The translations under genes and the position numbers were made by a program. This document shows, in pieces, positions 49,508 through 62,800 of a stretch of DNA of 64,000 nucleotides (position 1 is the first letter of the stretch; every line of letters starts with the position of its first letter). The DNA comes from Antedon mediterranea (taxonomy: Eukaryota; Animalia; Echinodermata), in NCBI RefSeq assembly GCF_964355755.1, contig NC_092673.1, positions 33,849,648 to 33,913,647 on the forward strand, given 5' to 3'. The notes under the pieces are model-generated. The model was given only the letters and a program-made list of their open reading frames with translations, ran no database searches and was not told where the DNA came from.

Positions 49508-49868
49508 AGGCCCATACACTAGCACGATAACGATCGACGATAAATAGACAAATGTGCATTTTTAATACATAAACCAAAAGAAATATAAACAATTCCTTTG
49601 ATGAAAATTATATTTTCACACGTCCAATCAAATGAAGTCATGATTAGTAAGACCAATAATATCGTGACAATACAGCGATTTTATTGTTTTTATTTATCAT
49701 GACGTCATTTGATTGGAATTTGAAAAACATTATTTTTATCAAAGACAGCATAAATGATTATCCTATAGGTCTAGAACGAAAACCTTTCTAATTTCTTTTG
49801 GTTTATGTAAAAAAAATGCATGCTATATATTTATCGTCCGTCGTTATCGTCATAGTGTAATTGGGCCT
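49508..49868. mobile_element. Palindromic Harbinger-type MITE
   Basis: aggccca.tacacta..acgataacga..gacgataaata / tatttatcgtc..tcgttatcgt..tagtgta.tgggcct arms; acataaaccaaaagaaat pairs with atttcttttggtttatgt. Confidence 0.75.
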
Positions 49869-51226
49869 TTATACAAAAAAAATAAATTGATTACGAAGTT
49901 ACATGTCATTTTCACCTATCACCAAAAAACTAACCTTTTCAACACTAATTAATTGTTACGAAGCCAATTTATATTATATATTTCATTAAAACTGAACTTT
50001 ACGGTAAATGAAGAGTAAGTATCAGTTAATATGAATAATATAACTAGTAGGTCTATGAACTTGCGTCCAGACACAGAACTGTGACATTACTATCATAAAT
50101 GTTGAAACCACTTATAAAACCTTTGTTTAAAGAAAATATAATTGTGTTAGGAGAAGGCTAATAAACAAATAGATAATGTACAAACCTTTTTCTGGATTAA
50201 TTAGGCCTAATGGAGCAGGCGTTAATAATAATCTGCTGCTGCTACCTAGACTGATTGTTCACCTTCTGACGATAATTGATTGAACCCCCCCCCCCCCACG
50301 GCATCTGATAACCAAAAAAAATTTACCAGGACTGTTTCAATGATTTAATATCTGACGGCGTATTATTATAACATTGGCCTAGATTGACAGTCAAAAGAAA
50401 GTCATTGTAAATACCTCCCTTTATGTTGACAGAGCTAAAATAAAGTTTTGACCATTATCGAATGATTATTTGACAGTGACTTATTATAATACCGGCCTGG
50501 TTGACAGCAAAAACGAAGTTATTATTTATTGAACAAGATTTTACAGATTTCCGTCTACATCTCAATAATACTATATTATCAGCAAAGGCTTTCATATAGA
50601 CTCTCTTCTCCCAGACGTTTTTTGGGTCCAGCAGCTACCTATAAATTATAGTCGAGTTTCCAAATTCACAAAACTGTCAGCCTTAGATACTAAAGCTACC
50701 GCTATGAAACAGCTTATTAATGAATGTGTCCTCCTGGGACATAGCTGGCTAGAGCCGCGGCGCGAAAACCACTATGCGCAATTTCCATCCACTTAAAAAA
50801 TGCAAGAAAAGGTAGGCTTATATAATAGGTCTATACAAAAAACTGATTTATACTGGTGGATATTGTAAATGTTGACACGCCCACTTTTCTAGGACTGTTT
50901 CATTGTTCAAATAGGTAAAAGAAGAATAATAGTAAACCCTAACAAGTAAGTATTTACTGTATCTCCAATATATAATATAGTAATAGTGTAAAATAATACA
51001 ATAGTACTCTCTATTTATCTAAATATAGATTGTTATTTTACAATGCCTTTTATCAATATAACTTACCTAATGCAGACTTACACACTAAAATGGAAAGATC
51101 CATTACCACGAACTCAGATTATATAACAAGCGTTCGATAAACTATATACCCTCTCCGTTCTTTGACCTAAGCCGAGTGAGGTGTAGTGAATGAGCATAAA
51201 TTCAAAGTGCAAAATCCTGATTCAAA

Positions 51227-54200
51227 ATGGTGAACTTGGGAGACGTTTTTCCAAATTTTGAAGCGTCAACAACTGACGGTGATATTAAATTCCACGATTG
51301 GCTGGGAGATTCGTAAGTATTGGATGGGGATACTTATAAATATCTTTCAGGAGGTCCCTCTAACAGCTCAGCAGGCCAGCACACTTTACAGTCCCTGGTA
51401 AATCATTGAAGCGGTAGTACTGTAGTTTAGTACCGTATTAATGGCACACAAAATGGGCAGTATGTGGTGGCATGCTTGCACAGACGAGTGCTAAAAAAAT
51501 GCTAATTTTTCTGTTAGTCCAGGCCACAGCAAAAAAAGTTAATAAATATATTATTAAATTTATAACATTATACATGTTTATATTACAATACAATGATTAT
51601 ATTTTATTTACAGTATTTATTGTAATCATCTATTTTACCATAAAATTAAACATGTTCAATTGTTATTCCTAAATGAGTACTTATAGAATGAGTGCTACAA
51701 TCCTACTTGATTTTTAATAATTAGGCTAAGATCTTTGTTGTTAATAATATATCCGGTTAAAAAGAAAATGGATGCATATTAATCGTTGGCCTTAGTTTCT
51801 ATTAAAGACAATATAACTGCAGTTTTTGACATTTTGTAAAAATAATGCATATATATAACTTAACTTTAAAAACATTAAACCAAGTCATTCCTTTTCTTAA
51901 ATGTATATGTTTTATTTGTTTTAATTTTTATTTTATTTCATCAAAACCAACAGCAATGCAAGTTGCCACTTAAAGGTATAAAAAAAGAAAAGAAATACAA
52001 TAAATACTCTATGTATGAAGCAAACTTAAATGAATATATATTAAATAGTAAAAATAAGCCTATTGAGCACAACTATTAACAAAATGCAATGAGTCTTGAA
52101 TGAAGAATAACTAATGAAAAAAGTATCAACATTATTTACATTGGACTCCTTAAATAGTTATACAAAGAAGGCATTTACTCTATTAAACAGAACATAAAAA
52201 ATGGACTTAACTCTAGTTTTAAAAGAAGGAGTATGTAAACTGAATAAAGAACAGTCGCAACTAAACAAACAATTGACACTCTTGTAAGGAAACATTAAAT
52301 TAGACACACTTCTTCTAAACTTAAGAGGTTCAAGATAATAAACAACAACATTTATTTTGAACACGTTGGATCTTGTGGCATGAATATCAGAAATTGAATT
52401 AAAAATAACAGAGGATAATTCTAGATTATGTCTAAAAAGCATTTGAAACAAATTAACAAGGGGTTTTGGGTAGCTACCCTACAGTGCCTCCAAAAAAAAA
52501 AATCATTGATAAAATTGTAAAGGACCCAACACTGAGCCCTGCGGAACACCTGAAAGAATAGGTAACCAATTTGACCCCCAACAAGAACTCTCTGCTGCCT
52601 TGCAATCACGTAAGATGATGGTTAATTATGATTAAAAGAATTTCACTACCTAAGTAGCTTGTGTCGAATGTTCATTCGACTTATTTTTCACATTTGTAAT
52701 CGTTTAAAAAAAGGTCCAGTGCAGTATTTATTTTTACATAAAATGTACAGTAGTTCGTTACCTTAGATTAGGTTGAAAAAACGTAGGTCTAGTGGCTTTA
52801 AAATGTTGTTACCAGAGTTCAAATAAACTTCAAATCTACTTAATTTTGTAATTTATAAAATCACACTACAGAAATACCCTGGCAAGTTTCACTATGCTTG
52901 AGTGCACTCTCAACTGAAGCCGATTTCCTTTATTGAAAACAGCTCTTTTCAACTTAATTCTGAAAGTGAATAAAGTTATAGCATAAGTAAATTACCATAA
53001 TAAAAACTGGTTTTATGTAGCATTTATATTCAAACTCTTGTAACAAAAGAATATGATTGTTAAAAAATGAATAGGATTGTTAAAAAATGAATAGGATATA
53101 CTGTAGTACTAACTTGAATGCTTTATAACAATTATGTAGTGTCGCCTTTGATTGTATAATACGGTATATATAACTAAGTACAGTATATATAACTACGTAG
53201 AAAGCCAGATAATTATTATATATATAATAGTGGCTGTTTATACAAAATATAGAAACTTGACATACAGTAGTATATAAAGACTAAAACTTTATTGGATTGT
53301 TCAAAACTGACCTATTTGACTCAACCACACTCTTTCGAGTTACCGGTTACAATAACCATCATATGATGAGGTATCAGGAGGGGCCGCGCCTACACCCATG
53401 TTAACTAAAATATGTTTTTAATTAACTTTTTCTAGATGGGGAATTTTATTTTCCCACCCAGCTGACTACACACCAGTTTGTACCACTGAACTTGGTATGG
53501 CAGCCAAGCTAGCACCAGAATTCAAGAAACGAAATGTGAAGATGATCGCCCTCTCGTGCGACTCGGTTGAAGATCACAATGGCTGGATAAAGGTAAACCC
53601 GAAGTTACAATTGTATGTGTTTTGCCTCGCTGGGTATTGACTGTCTAATAGGCCATATGGGCACTTGTTTTATATCACACTCACTGGCAATACATATAAA
53701 ACCACAAAGATAATTATACTACTGTATTCTACATACATTTAACATAATTTATTAACCTTTTTATTTCTGCCTTTCGAACATGATGAATGTTGCATATAAT
53801 TTTCTTCCTTGCAGGACATCAAACAAAATTCTGGAGAATCCGGGGAGTGGCCATATCCAATCATTGCCGACAAAAACCGTGATTTGGCAATCCAGTTTGG
53901 AATGCTTGACCCTAACGAGAAGACTGCAGCTGGTCTCCCCCTTACTGCACGATGTGTAAGTATTGGCAGAATGTTCAAACATAATTGTTAAGCTCTGTTT
54001 ACACTATCAAACTTTATGTGACATCTTGTCCACAAATGAACACATGACATTTTTTTGTTATGTAAAGTTTGATAGTGTAGACAGAGATTTGGAACGTACC
54101 CCTAAATTTGGAAAAAAATAATGAAATAGTTAACTGTTGGGACATCAAATTAAGCTCAGCACTTCATTTCACCATTTTTATGACCTGACACTCCCGCCCA

Positions 54201-55913
54201 TCATGGATCAAACACCCCCTTTGTTTCACTGATGATGGAACATGCGACATTTCTGACAGCACAAACCTTTAATTAAAGCCCCCTTCCCTACGTTTTTTAG
54301 ATCTAATTTAAGATCATAAACTATATTTAATGTAAAAATAATACTATATGGTCCTATTGCGATAACTTTTTTCGTCTTTAAACGGTTAAAAATGTGAAAA
54401 ATAAGTCGATTCTAATAATTATAGCGGCCCGCTATAAATCCCAAAATGCATTGCGCGCGGATTGATATTTTTGTTTTTCACCTGTAATTCGCCCACTTTT
54501 CGATCGATCGTGAGGCCAAAACAAATGGAAGACTCCTAACTTTTCAGCGAAAATACCGGGTTTTCAACGTATCAACGGAGTCTGGCAAAAATAGAAAGAC
54601 AATTAATGCAGCAACTATACAACGTCAGGCTAGGTATATAGCTAGCGTATGATGTTCGTACGTTACCGATGTGTACCAGCTAGGCCTACAAAACTAAGTC
54701 TAGCTACGCTAAGCCCAAGACCGTCCACGAGAGGTCGATCGCCGCGAGCTACTTAGGTAGTGCATTGTTTCTCACTTTTTATCATAATTTACCATAAAAC
54801 GTACATTTAAGACGAGGAATGACATGGTTTAATGTTTTTAAAGTGATATATATGTATTATTTTCCAAAAAACGTCCAAAATTGCAGGGAAGGGGTCTTTA
54901 ACTTTTGATCTCCAGAGATGCAATAAATCTATTGTAATAATAGTTATAGGCTATAAATACTATGATTTCAAATTTTGCTAAAATTTTGTTTTTGTCTATT
55001 AAATTCAATTAATAGGTGTTTATTGTTGGACCTGACAAGAAACTGAAGCTATCAATTCTGTACCCAGCAACAACAGGAAGAAACTTTGAGTAAGTTCACT
55101 ATATTTACAAAATAACATTTGCAGGCCTAGGTGATAAGTTTGCAGGCCTAGGTGATAAGTTTGCAGGCCTAGGTGATAAGTTTGCAGGCCTAGGTGATAA
55201 GTTTGCAGGCCTAGGTGATAAGTTTGCCGGCCTAGGTGATAAGTTTGCCGGCCTAGGTGATAAGTTTGCAGGCCTAGTTGATAAGTTCTCAATATAAAAG
55301 ACTGTACCACTGACCCCAGCCTAATAAAGTTATGAATATACTTGCAACAGAGAAATGGTTTGAGAACAAACAACCTACTAGTGTGTGGATAAACACATCA
55401 TGATAGCACACACAAGAGGGCTGAAACACACACAAGAGGGCTGAAACTGTTGTTGCAAAATTGTAAAATGTTAAGAGTAAGAGTATCAACAATGTAAAAC
55501 TTACATAAAGCTATTTCCATTCTTTTTTAGTGAGATTCTTCGAGTGATCGATTCATTGCAGCTAACCGCAACCAAGAAAGTAGCAACTCCAGTGAACTGG
55601 ACGGTAAGCAACCTCTAGTGTAGTGTTTTGGTTTAAAGCTTTGGTATTTATCTAGTCTAGTTACTTATATTTTATATATATACTGGACGGTAAGTAATCT
55701 CTAGGAAGTGTTGTATCTATTGGGTGTAAGCTTGTATATCTTTTTCTAGTTATTTGGTTTAAATTTCCTTTTTCTTTTCAGAGTGGTGGAAAATGCATGG
55801 TATTGCCATCCGTCAAGAAGGAAGATGAAGGCAAATACTTCCCCAAAGGAGTGGAAACTGTCCCCGTTCCATCTGGCAAAGGTTACCTCCGCTACACCCC
55901 ACAACCCGAATAA
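51227..55913 (+). CDS. PRDX6: 1-Cys peroxiredoxin (peroxiredoxin-6), 6 exons, 220 aa
   Basis: Exons 51227-51312, 53436-53592, 53815-53955, 55016-55089, 55531-55603, 55782-55913 join in frame (663 nt). [10 protein letters not shown] (GxSxG), [14 protein letters not shown] active site, [33 protein letters not shown]; AATAAA at 56175. Confidence 0.96.
51925..52680 (-). mobile_element. Decayed LINE 3' fragment in PRDX6 intron 1
   Basis: GVPQGSVLG-like (ggtgttccgcagggctcagtgttggg) at ~52530; 3' end related to 42700-43300. Confidence 0.65.
53991..54088. mobile_element. Harbinger-type MITE, short copy (family of 22936-23097)
   Basis: agctctgtttacactatcaaacttta ... taaagtttgatagtgtagacagag. Confidence 0.75.
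54277..54897. mobile_element. Kolobok-type non-autonomous DNA transposon, copy 2 (PRDX6 intron 3)
   Basis: TTAA|AGCCCCCTTCCCT ... AGGGAAGGGGTCT|TTAA; nearly identical to 4937-5567. Confidence 0.85.
55118..55286. repeat. 21-bp minisatellite (~8 units) in PRDX6 intron 4
   Basis: Unit tttgcaggcctaggtgataag. Confidence 0.95.
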
Positions 55914-56269
55914 AACTTTACCCAAAAAATGGGCTAAATTAGTCTTCCAACTATTGAACATATCTATGAGCCTTGAATGTTTTTATGAGAATAATCGAGA
56001 TGAAATCCGATGGTGAAACAATTTCTATGTAGTTTTTAGTTTTCTACGAATGAAAGTTAACTTAAGATAAATATCAAACTTAGCCTAATAGTACTGTATC
56101 TAAATGTCTCATCTTAGCCAATGCTTATTCTTAATATTACTATATACTTAACTACACTGTTTGGATTTATTATGAATAAAATGGGAATATAATGGATAAG
56201 TTCGTATTTGTTTTTGCGCTTTATATAACTGTCTCAAAGTGGAATAACTTTTATCTCTCTCCCGTCATT

Positions 56270-56465
56270 TTGTATAGAGTGCTGAAACCAAACGGCACTC
56301 ATCCGTATGTCCACAACAGGGGTGAGACGGGCCAACACACCGGGGTAACCCCTACTATTCCAAAAGATGCACAAGCTAGATGTGTACACAGCTGCACCTC
56401 CAGTTTTTAAGTCCTTCAAGAAGACTTCTACCACTAGACTATGGCGAGGAGAGCCTTGAACCTGT
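56270..56465 (-). mobile_element. SINE fragment with Deu/Nin-like core
   Basis: Minus strand GCATCTTTTGGAATAGTAGGGGTTACCCCGGTGTGTTGGC resembles the Deu/Nin domain core as recalled from AmnSINE1. Confidence 0.5.
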
Positions 56466-56499
56466 GTTAATTTATTATTTATTTATTATTTCTTCTTCA

Positions 56500-56736
56500 G
56501 TTAAAGACTGATCTCCCAGAGGGCCCAGTTATGATCAGTGGCTGTGTGTTTACTAGCACACTGGGGTAACCCCCTACTTGTCTCGAAAGATGTAATAGGT
56601 TTACCCTGGACCTACAGTTTACAGTTCCTTATTTGAGAAGACTCGTTTTACCACCAGAACCGAGTGAGCCTCGAACGCTTGCCGATGTTATGGTCACATA
56701 ATTACACTGTCTTAACAGCTCGACCACTCACTCCCT
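56500..56736 (-). mobile_element. tRNA-derived SINE (A box/B box head + Deu/Nin-like core)
   Basis: Minus-strand head GGGAGTGAGTGGTCGAGCTGTTAAG..GTTCGAGGCTC, core AGTAGGGGTTACCCCAGTG; fragments also at 13670 and ~61975-62008. Confidence 0.6.
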
Positions 56737-58636
56737 CAATGTTGTAGCTATGGTTTGCGCTGTGCCTGCCCGATACATTCAGCCACTCAGCTCATTATAA
56801 GATATATTAACTTCGCTCTTTATTATACACAAGGAAAACACATGTAACTAATACACTAGTAGTAATTTATTTATTAATGTTTACAGTAATACATATGTAC
56901 TGTATACTTATATTAAAGGTAAACTTCAACCGTTCAGCCAAAATGATGAAAATAAAAGTGAAACGGTAAAGATGAAAAGAAAATCTGCAACAGATAAAAA
57001 CTTCTTTTCACTTTTACCATTTTACATTGTGATATACATAACATATTTTGTAAATCTTCCAAATATTTACTTATAAAATGTGACCTTTTGCATAGTAAAA
57101 AAAAACACAATTGCCAAGATAACACAAAATACATACAGGTGTCTAATTACATAATACTTGTTTTTTATAATAAAAATAAATTTGTACTAAATATAGGAAG
57201 CACTGCTTTTTCAGCACAGCCACAGCCATACATTGTCCAAACGCAACTTGCTATATAGTTATAAATGATGGAATATCACTTGTTTAATAAGTGTGATTAG
57301 GGTATACAAATATTTAGAATTTGATAATAATACAACAATGTTTAATATTTGGAACCTAATCATAATTATTTTTTGATTAGAGATCTAATCGTCTATAGTG
57401 CTACTCAATCTTGAGAACACTCAAATTAAAATACTGCACTGCAGTGGAGTAAGTGCCATGCCTAAAACCTAAAAAGATCTTTTTTTACTATATTCGCACT
57501 TGTTCTCTTTCGGAATGAATGACAGTGCCTCTTAATTCTTTATATCATTTTGCGTTATTTAACAAAACAGCCCCATCTCCATTCTCCCTATTATGTGAAA
57601 CTGAACAAGTGTTCCCAAGCTAGTAATGGAAGAAATTCTGGAGTTCATTCATCGCATATTTTCGTTGATTACTTAATTATAAAAATGTTCAAAACATTGC
57701 ATAAAACTGTGTTCAAGCCTTTAGTCAAAATACCAGCACCATTAAATAAATGAGGATGATTGTAAGTACCAAAACGATGCATCCTGTTCAGCCAAAGGTC
57801 ACTACACAGGATTCACAAAGACATTGTTAAAATTCACTGTACTGTAAAAGCACATATCAATGGAACCTGTAACAGGTTCCACACAGGTTCCACATCATTT
57901 GTGATATTTTCAAAAACCATACTGTTATTCTATATACATATAAAATGTTACGGAAGTTTAAAACATTGTATAAATTCTACTTCATCATTTAATTATAAAA
58001 CAGTGATATGAAGCAGGTATTAATAAATTAATAATTAATAAAACAAACGAGATGGGCGCAAACATTTTCTTTTTTTTGTAAAAATAAAGGGAGATTATTT
58101 TTAGATGACCACACACACCCTTTTTTCCACCTCTGACATGTAGTTATTAAAGGTGGATTATAGAAAATATTTCAAAATAGGAAGTACTTAGCATCACATT
58201 GTTTTATAATAGGCAAGTCTAAGCTCCACAGCCTCACACAGCAGTACCTAACCAACCCCCTTTATCGGGGGTTTTGCAAATGCCATCATTTCTCTCATTT
58301 ATAAAACTTAATATAACTATTTCCCATCTGATTAAAACATATCAACCATAAATATTAATTATACATTCTTAATCTTAATATAAAATTTGTTCATTATTAT
58401 AATATTTACAAATATACATATTTATTAACAATAAAAAATAATATGAAAGACAATAAAACATTGTTAAAAATAACTGATTGTCGGTGTTTGGTCATTAAGA
58501 TGTTACAGTTGAGTTGATGTTACAGTTGTTTTAATGTTGCTACAATTTTACTGTTTATTTCTTTGCTGCCATAAGAAGTGTTTCTACTGTTAGCATTGTT
58601 GCTTTCTGTTGATGTTGCTACTTTTGTTGATATTTA

Positions 58637-58794
58637 AGCTTGGTTCCCACTAGGACGCAACGCAAGGACGTAGACGCAACGTAAGTGAGTTGACCAATCA
58701 CAAGCGATGAATTATCCGAATTGTCGTTTGTCATTGGTGAACACGCTTGCGTTGCGTTTACGTCCTTGGGTTGCGTCCTAGTGGGAACCAAGCT
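58637..58794. mobile_element. Harbinger-type MITE (TTA TSD), almost fully palindromic
   Basis: TTA|AGCTTGGTTCCCACTAGGACGCAAC ... GTTGCGTCCTAGTGGGAACCAAGCT|TTA; partial copies at ~60149-60205 and ~62846-62960. Confidence 0.88.
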
Positions 58795-59883
58795 TTAGTA
58801 TTGCTGAAGTCATTGTTAATTAATGCTCACTTCTAACTTTGGTTATGGTTATATTATAGATGCTGTAGTCATTTGTTAACCTTGGTATTTTGTTATTACA
58901 ACAATACCGCTATTGTTCTCCCTGTAATGTTAAGTTGTTACTTATGCAAGGGAGATGTAACTCCTTATGCCACATTTATTGCCGATACAGTTATCATTTT
59001 GGCTTGGCGTTTCATTCTACATCAATTCTCCTAAAGCCAGCATATGTTTGGCTGGCTGACAATCTCTAAATTTAAGGAAAGCTCGTTATTAAAATGCATA
59101 GTAGGAAAGAATTGGGAGCTTTATAAACTATTACTACTACTACTGTCCAACAACTACTACTGCTGTTGTTAATTTATACATAAATGTACATACAAGGACT
59201 GCTGAGGTTGTGTACAGTTTCCAAACATCCATATGCTATTCATACTGTACAGATTTAAGATGGCCGGCTGTATAATATTTATCCCGTTTCAAAAATATCC
59301 AGCACACATCCAATAGTGAGGTAAGCTGCGTATGATAAGCCCAGAAGTAAGCTCTAGTTATTATTTTAGTGATGAATGTTTTACTGAGCCAGACTTGGAT
59401 TTGAACACAAGTCTCTGGGATTGCACCAATCTAAAGTTCCACTACAACTATGTTCATTCCATGATGGATTATCACACTTTTTTATCTATACAAGACTGTT
59501 TTCACATTTTTATCTATACCAGACTGTTACTAATCTGAAACTATGAAATGCCCACATTCCACACATTTCCGTACAAGACTGCGCTGTTACTATTGTGAAA
59601 AGATGGATGGCCACATTCCACATTGTTTTTCTGTACAAGTCTGTTACGCTTGATATGGATCAACACTTCTGCTCAGTCAGCCAACAAAAGAAATTACAAA
59701 TGTCACCCATGAACCTTCTGCCCAACATATTGCTAATAAACAGGACACAAATACAAATGCAATAGTGCCTTGTACTTTGAAAAGTTTCTTCAAGGGCATT
59801 ATTTTTCCAATAGTACCCTGGTAAAGCTGTACTAACATTGTATACTTTCAACAATATAAACTTTGTGGATTGCACCACTGTCC

Positions 59884-62800
59884 TCATAACCATGACGACG
59901 AATCAATACTGTTCCTTCTACTACGAGATTTTTTATTTGTTTTTTTTATCCGTAACACAGTTCCTGACGACGACATTGCACTTTGGGTTAACTTCTCGCT
60001 TCCATCTTCAAACTTCCTTTTCAAAATAAACGTTGGCGACTTGACAGACCTGCTCATTGCATAGAAAACATTACCGTTATCAGGTATGACAAGCTCTGGA
60101 AAAAAAAAACATGAACTGTAATGTATCAAAAAACTGCTAGTTTTTAAAACTTGGTTCTCACTAGGACGCAACACGGATGTAAGATAATTGACCAATCAAA
60201 AGCGACCAATTATGCAAAATATTGGAATAACAATTTGCTGGAGGAGAGTTAATGAAACAAGACAGTATAAAGACGACATGATATGCTTATTGCGCGGGGC
60301 TTGAATAAATCATGGTAGACTGTGCATCATTAATCGTAGTCGTCATTCTCATACCGCCATGTTTGTAAACTCATGTTTAATAATAATAATAATTATAAAA
60401 ATGAAGTGTATTTACCCCCAGATGGAAGACATTGTACTAATGAATATGATGACACCTCATCCTCTTCTACTGATAAATTATGCTTGATAAGAGCATTACG
60501 AATCACTACCTGGGTTCGTTCATCTTGCGATACCTAAAATAATACACACATACAGACAGTTATATAGCACTCTGCACACATTGCTACGGGCCACCAGGAA
60601 CCGGAGTACATACTGCTCTCAATCTCTGCTATAAATATAGTAATATTACCGGATATTTGATGACAATATTAATACAGTACTATTAGGCAGCAGCCACAAA
60701 ATGGACACTGGTTATTTTTAGCGATAGAGATTTAAAGAAAACATCTTTATTTAATTAAATCCAATAAGTATAATTATATCCTTCCTCCATTTAATTATCC
60801 ATGAAATTAAGAATTAATTGTATACTAAAAATATCTTTGAATTTACTTACTAATAAACTTTTATAAACATTTCCTTCAATACAATCATCTTTCAAATATT
60901 TGATTCGAATGATACAACACGTAGATGAAGACTGCCACCTAGGGTCCAACGACTGGAAGACGCTTGTGTTCTCCACTGACGGATCTAAGATCGGCAAGGC
61001 TGAGCAAGATTTAGAGTGAGAAAGCTAAAACGAGAAAAAAAAAATCAGAAAGGTGGGAGAAAGATGCAAAAATTAGTCACTATATGCTATTTATATATAA
61101 CTCCCTGATATGCTAGGCGTATGAACTTAGAGATCATGCTTCAACAAATTGAATAAACGTTACTACAAAGTTTACTGACCTCTAATAAACCCATGGGTGT
61201 AACTTAATACTAAGAGATGATAAATAACAGCAGTTATCTACTTTTACAAGTTACAAATAGCCATATCAGATTTCAACTGTATCGGAAGATTTGCCATTTT
61301 AAAAGGTGTCAATATAAGCATATAGGAGGTACTAAATGCACTGATTGATAAGAACAAGTTTTTAAATAAGCTTACAAGTTATAACTTTATTGCTTTCGCA
61401 CAATCAAGCATTACCATAGTGGTATGTCTCTCTTAATAAGAAATAAATAGATAAATCTTACCTTACGATGTTTTGGTAACACCTTGTCTTTCCTATCAGA
61501 CTTAGTACTATCACTCTTTTGTAGCTTGCCTTCTGTTTGTGACCCTGGGATATAGCCTGGAAGAGCGGTTATCTCGGAGCTGGCAATGCTCATTGTGTCG
61601 TCTGATGTACCCGTTCCTTGAGAGCTAAAACTACTATTACTTGTAACACTGCTTCCGCTACTATTACCGTTGCTGTTAAGACCGTCGATATTGCTAAAGA
61701 AACGCCTAAACACAAGAATGTATTTACTATGATTATCAGGTAAATTATTAACAGTAACTTAAAATGATTTGATTAACTTAGTATACATAATAATAATAAT
61801 AATATTTTTGATTTATATAGCGTTAATCCAAAGATCATCGCTTTATGACGCTGTGGACTTAGATATTACACTTTTCAACTACTCAACAATCATTGCTCAT
61901 GGCGCTTTGGACTATTAAATTTCTCAACTCAATGCTTCTCCCCTAAGGGTCACATCATGTCAGTGTTGCCAATTCTAGTGGCTGTGTGAGCTAATACACC
62001 GGGGGTAATAATATAAAATAAGTGTTTATAATATATTGTCTTTCTTGACAGTTTGGGGTCAAAATATCAACATTTATTTTACAAAAGTCTTTTTTGACAT
62101 CCATCAGGTCATTGTCATCTTATGAACCTGATACTTTGGGTTTTTTTAAATTTCTTTGAAATCTGTACAGCATTAGAAATGATCTTACATGAAAGTTCTG
62201 GAAGCCCTCTTGGCTAGCCTCATATCTTTTCTAACACTTGGTGATGAAATCACATCCTCACTAGAGTTCCTTAGTGGTGGTTCTATTTCATTTGAAAGCA
62301 TACAACTGTCAAAAAAAAAATTGTATATTAATAAACATTTATTGACGAACTTTTAAATGGTAACGCCATTGCTGCCTGCATCATATTCCACTGTTTTACA
62401 GAATTTGCCTATGATACTAGAGAAATTATACATACAGTTCTGAGAATCGGGTACTCATTTTCAAAACTTAATTTCAGTAGCAACCACTTAGTGTTTTGTT
62501 TTTCTCATTAAACAATTTAAATATTTTATTTAAAGTTACATTAAATTCCGTACATTAGAAAGATATAAAAGGTCTTACCATTCGTCGTAGTTCCTTCCAC
62601 GTTGTCTTTTGAACCAATCATCAAAGCCCTTGTCTTTCTGCAGGTTGTAGTTCTTAGCTGCAGTCTGCAGAAGTTTGATTTGGGCCAGTACCTCAAATTC
62701 CTAACAAATAAATGTTAACAAAATATGAATATTCTACACTCATCTGTATTACTATTCATACGCCATGTTCCACACACTAACAATGGCTTAAACATCTCAC

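Noticed and set aside
50755-50770. E2F-like site GGCGCGAAAA upstream of PRDX6
   Set aside because: A single short motif with no TSS or conservation evidence.
53305-53400. Intronic snoRNA in PRDX6 intron 1 (hairpin, ACAATA, ATGATGA, ACA)
   Set aside because: No D box after the C-like motif, and the hairpins lack proper pseudouridylation pockets; would need an Infernal/snoReport hit.
55395-55455. Penelope-type hammerhead ribozyme (tgatagc..gctgaaac)
   Set aside because: The CUGANGA core is absent and the segment is a short 20-bp tandem duplication.
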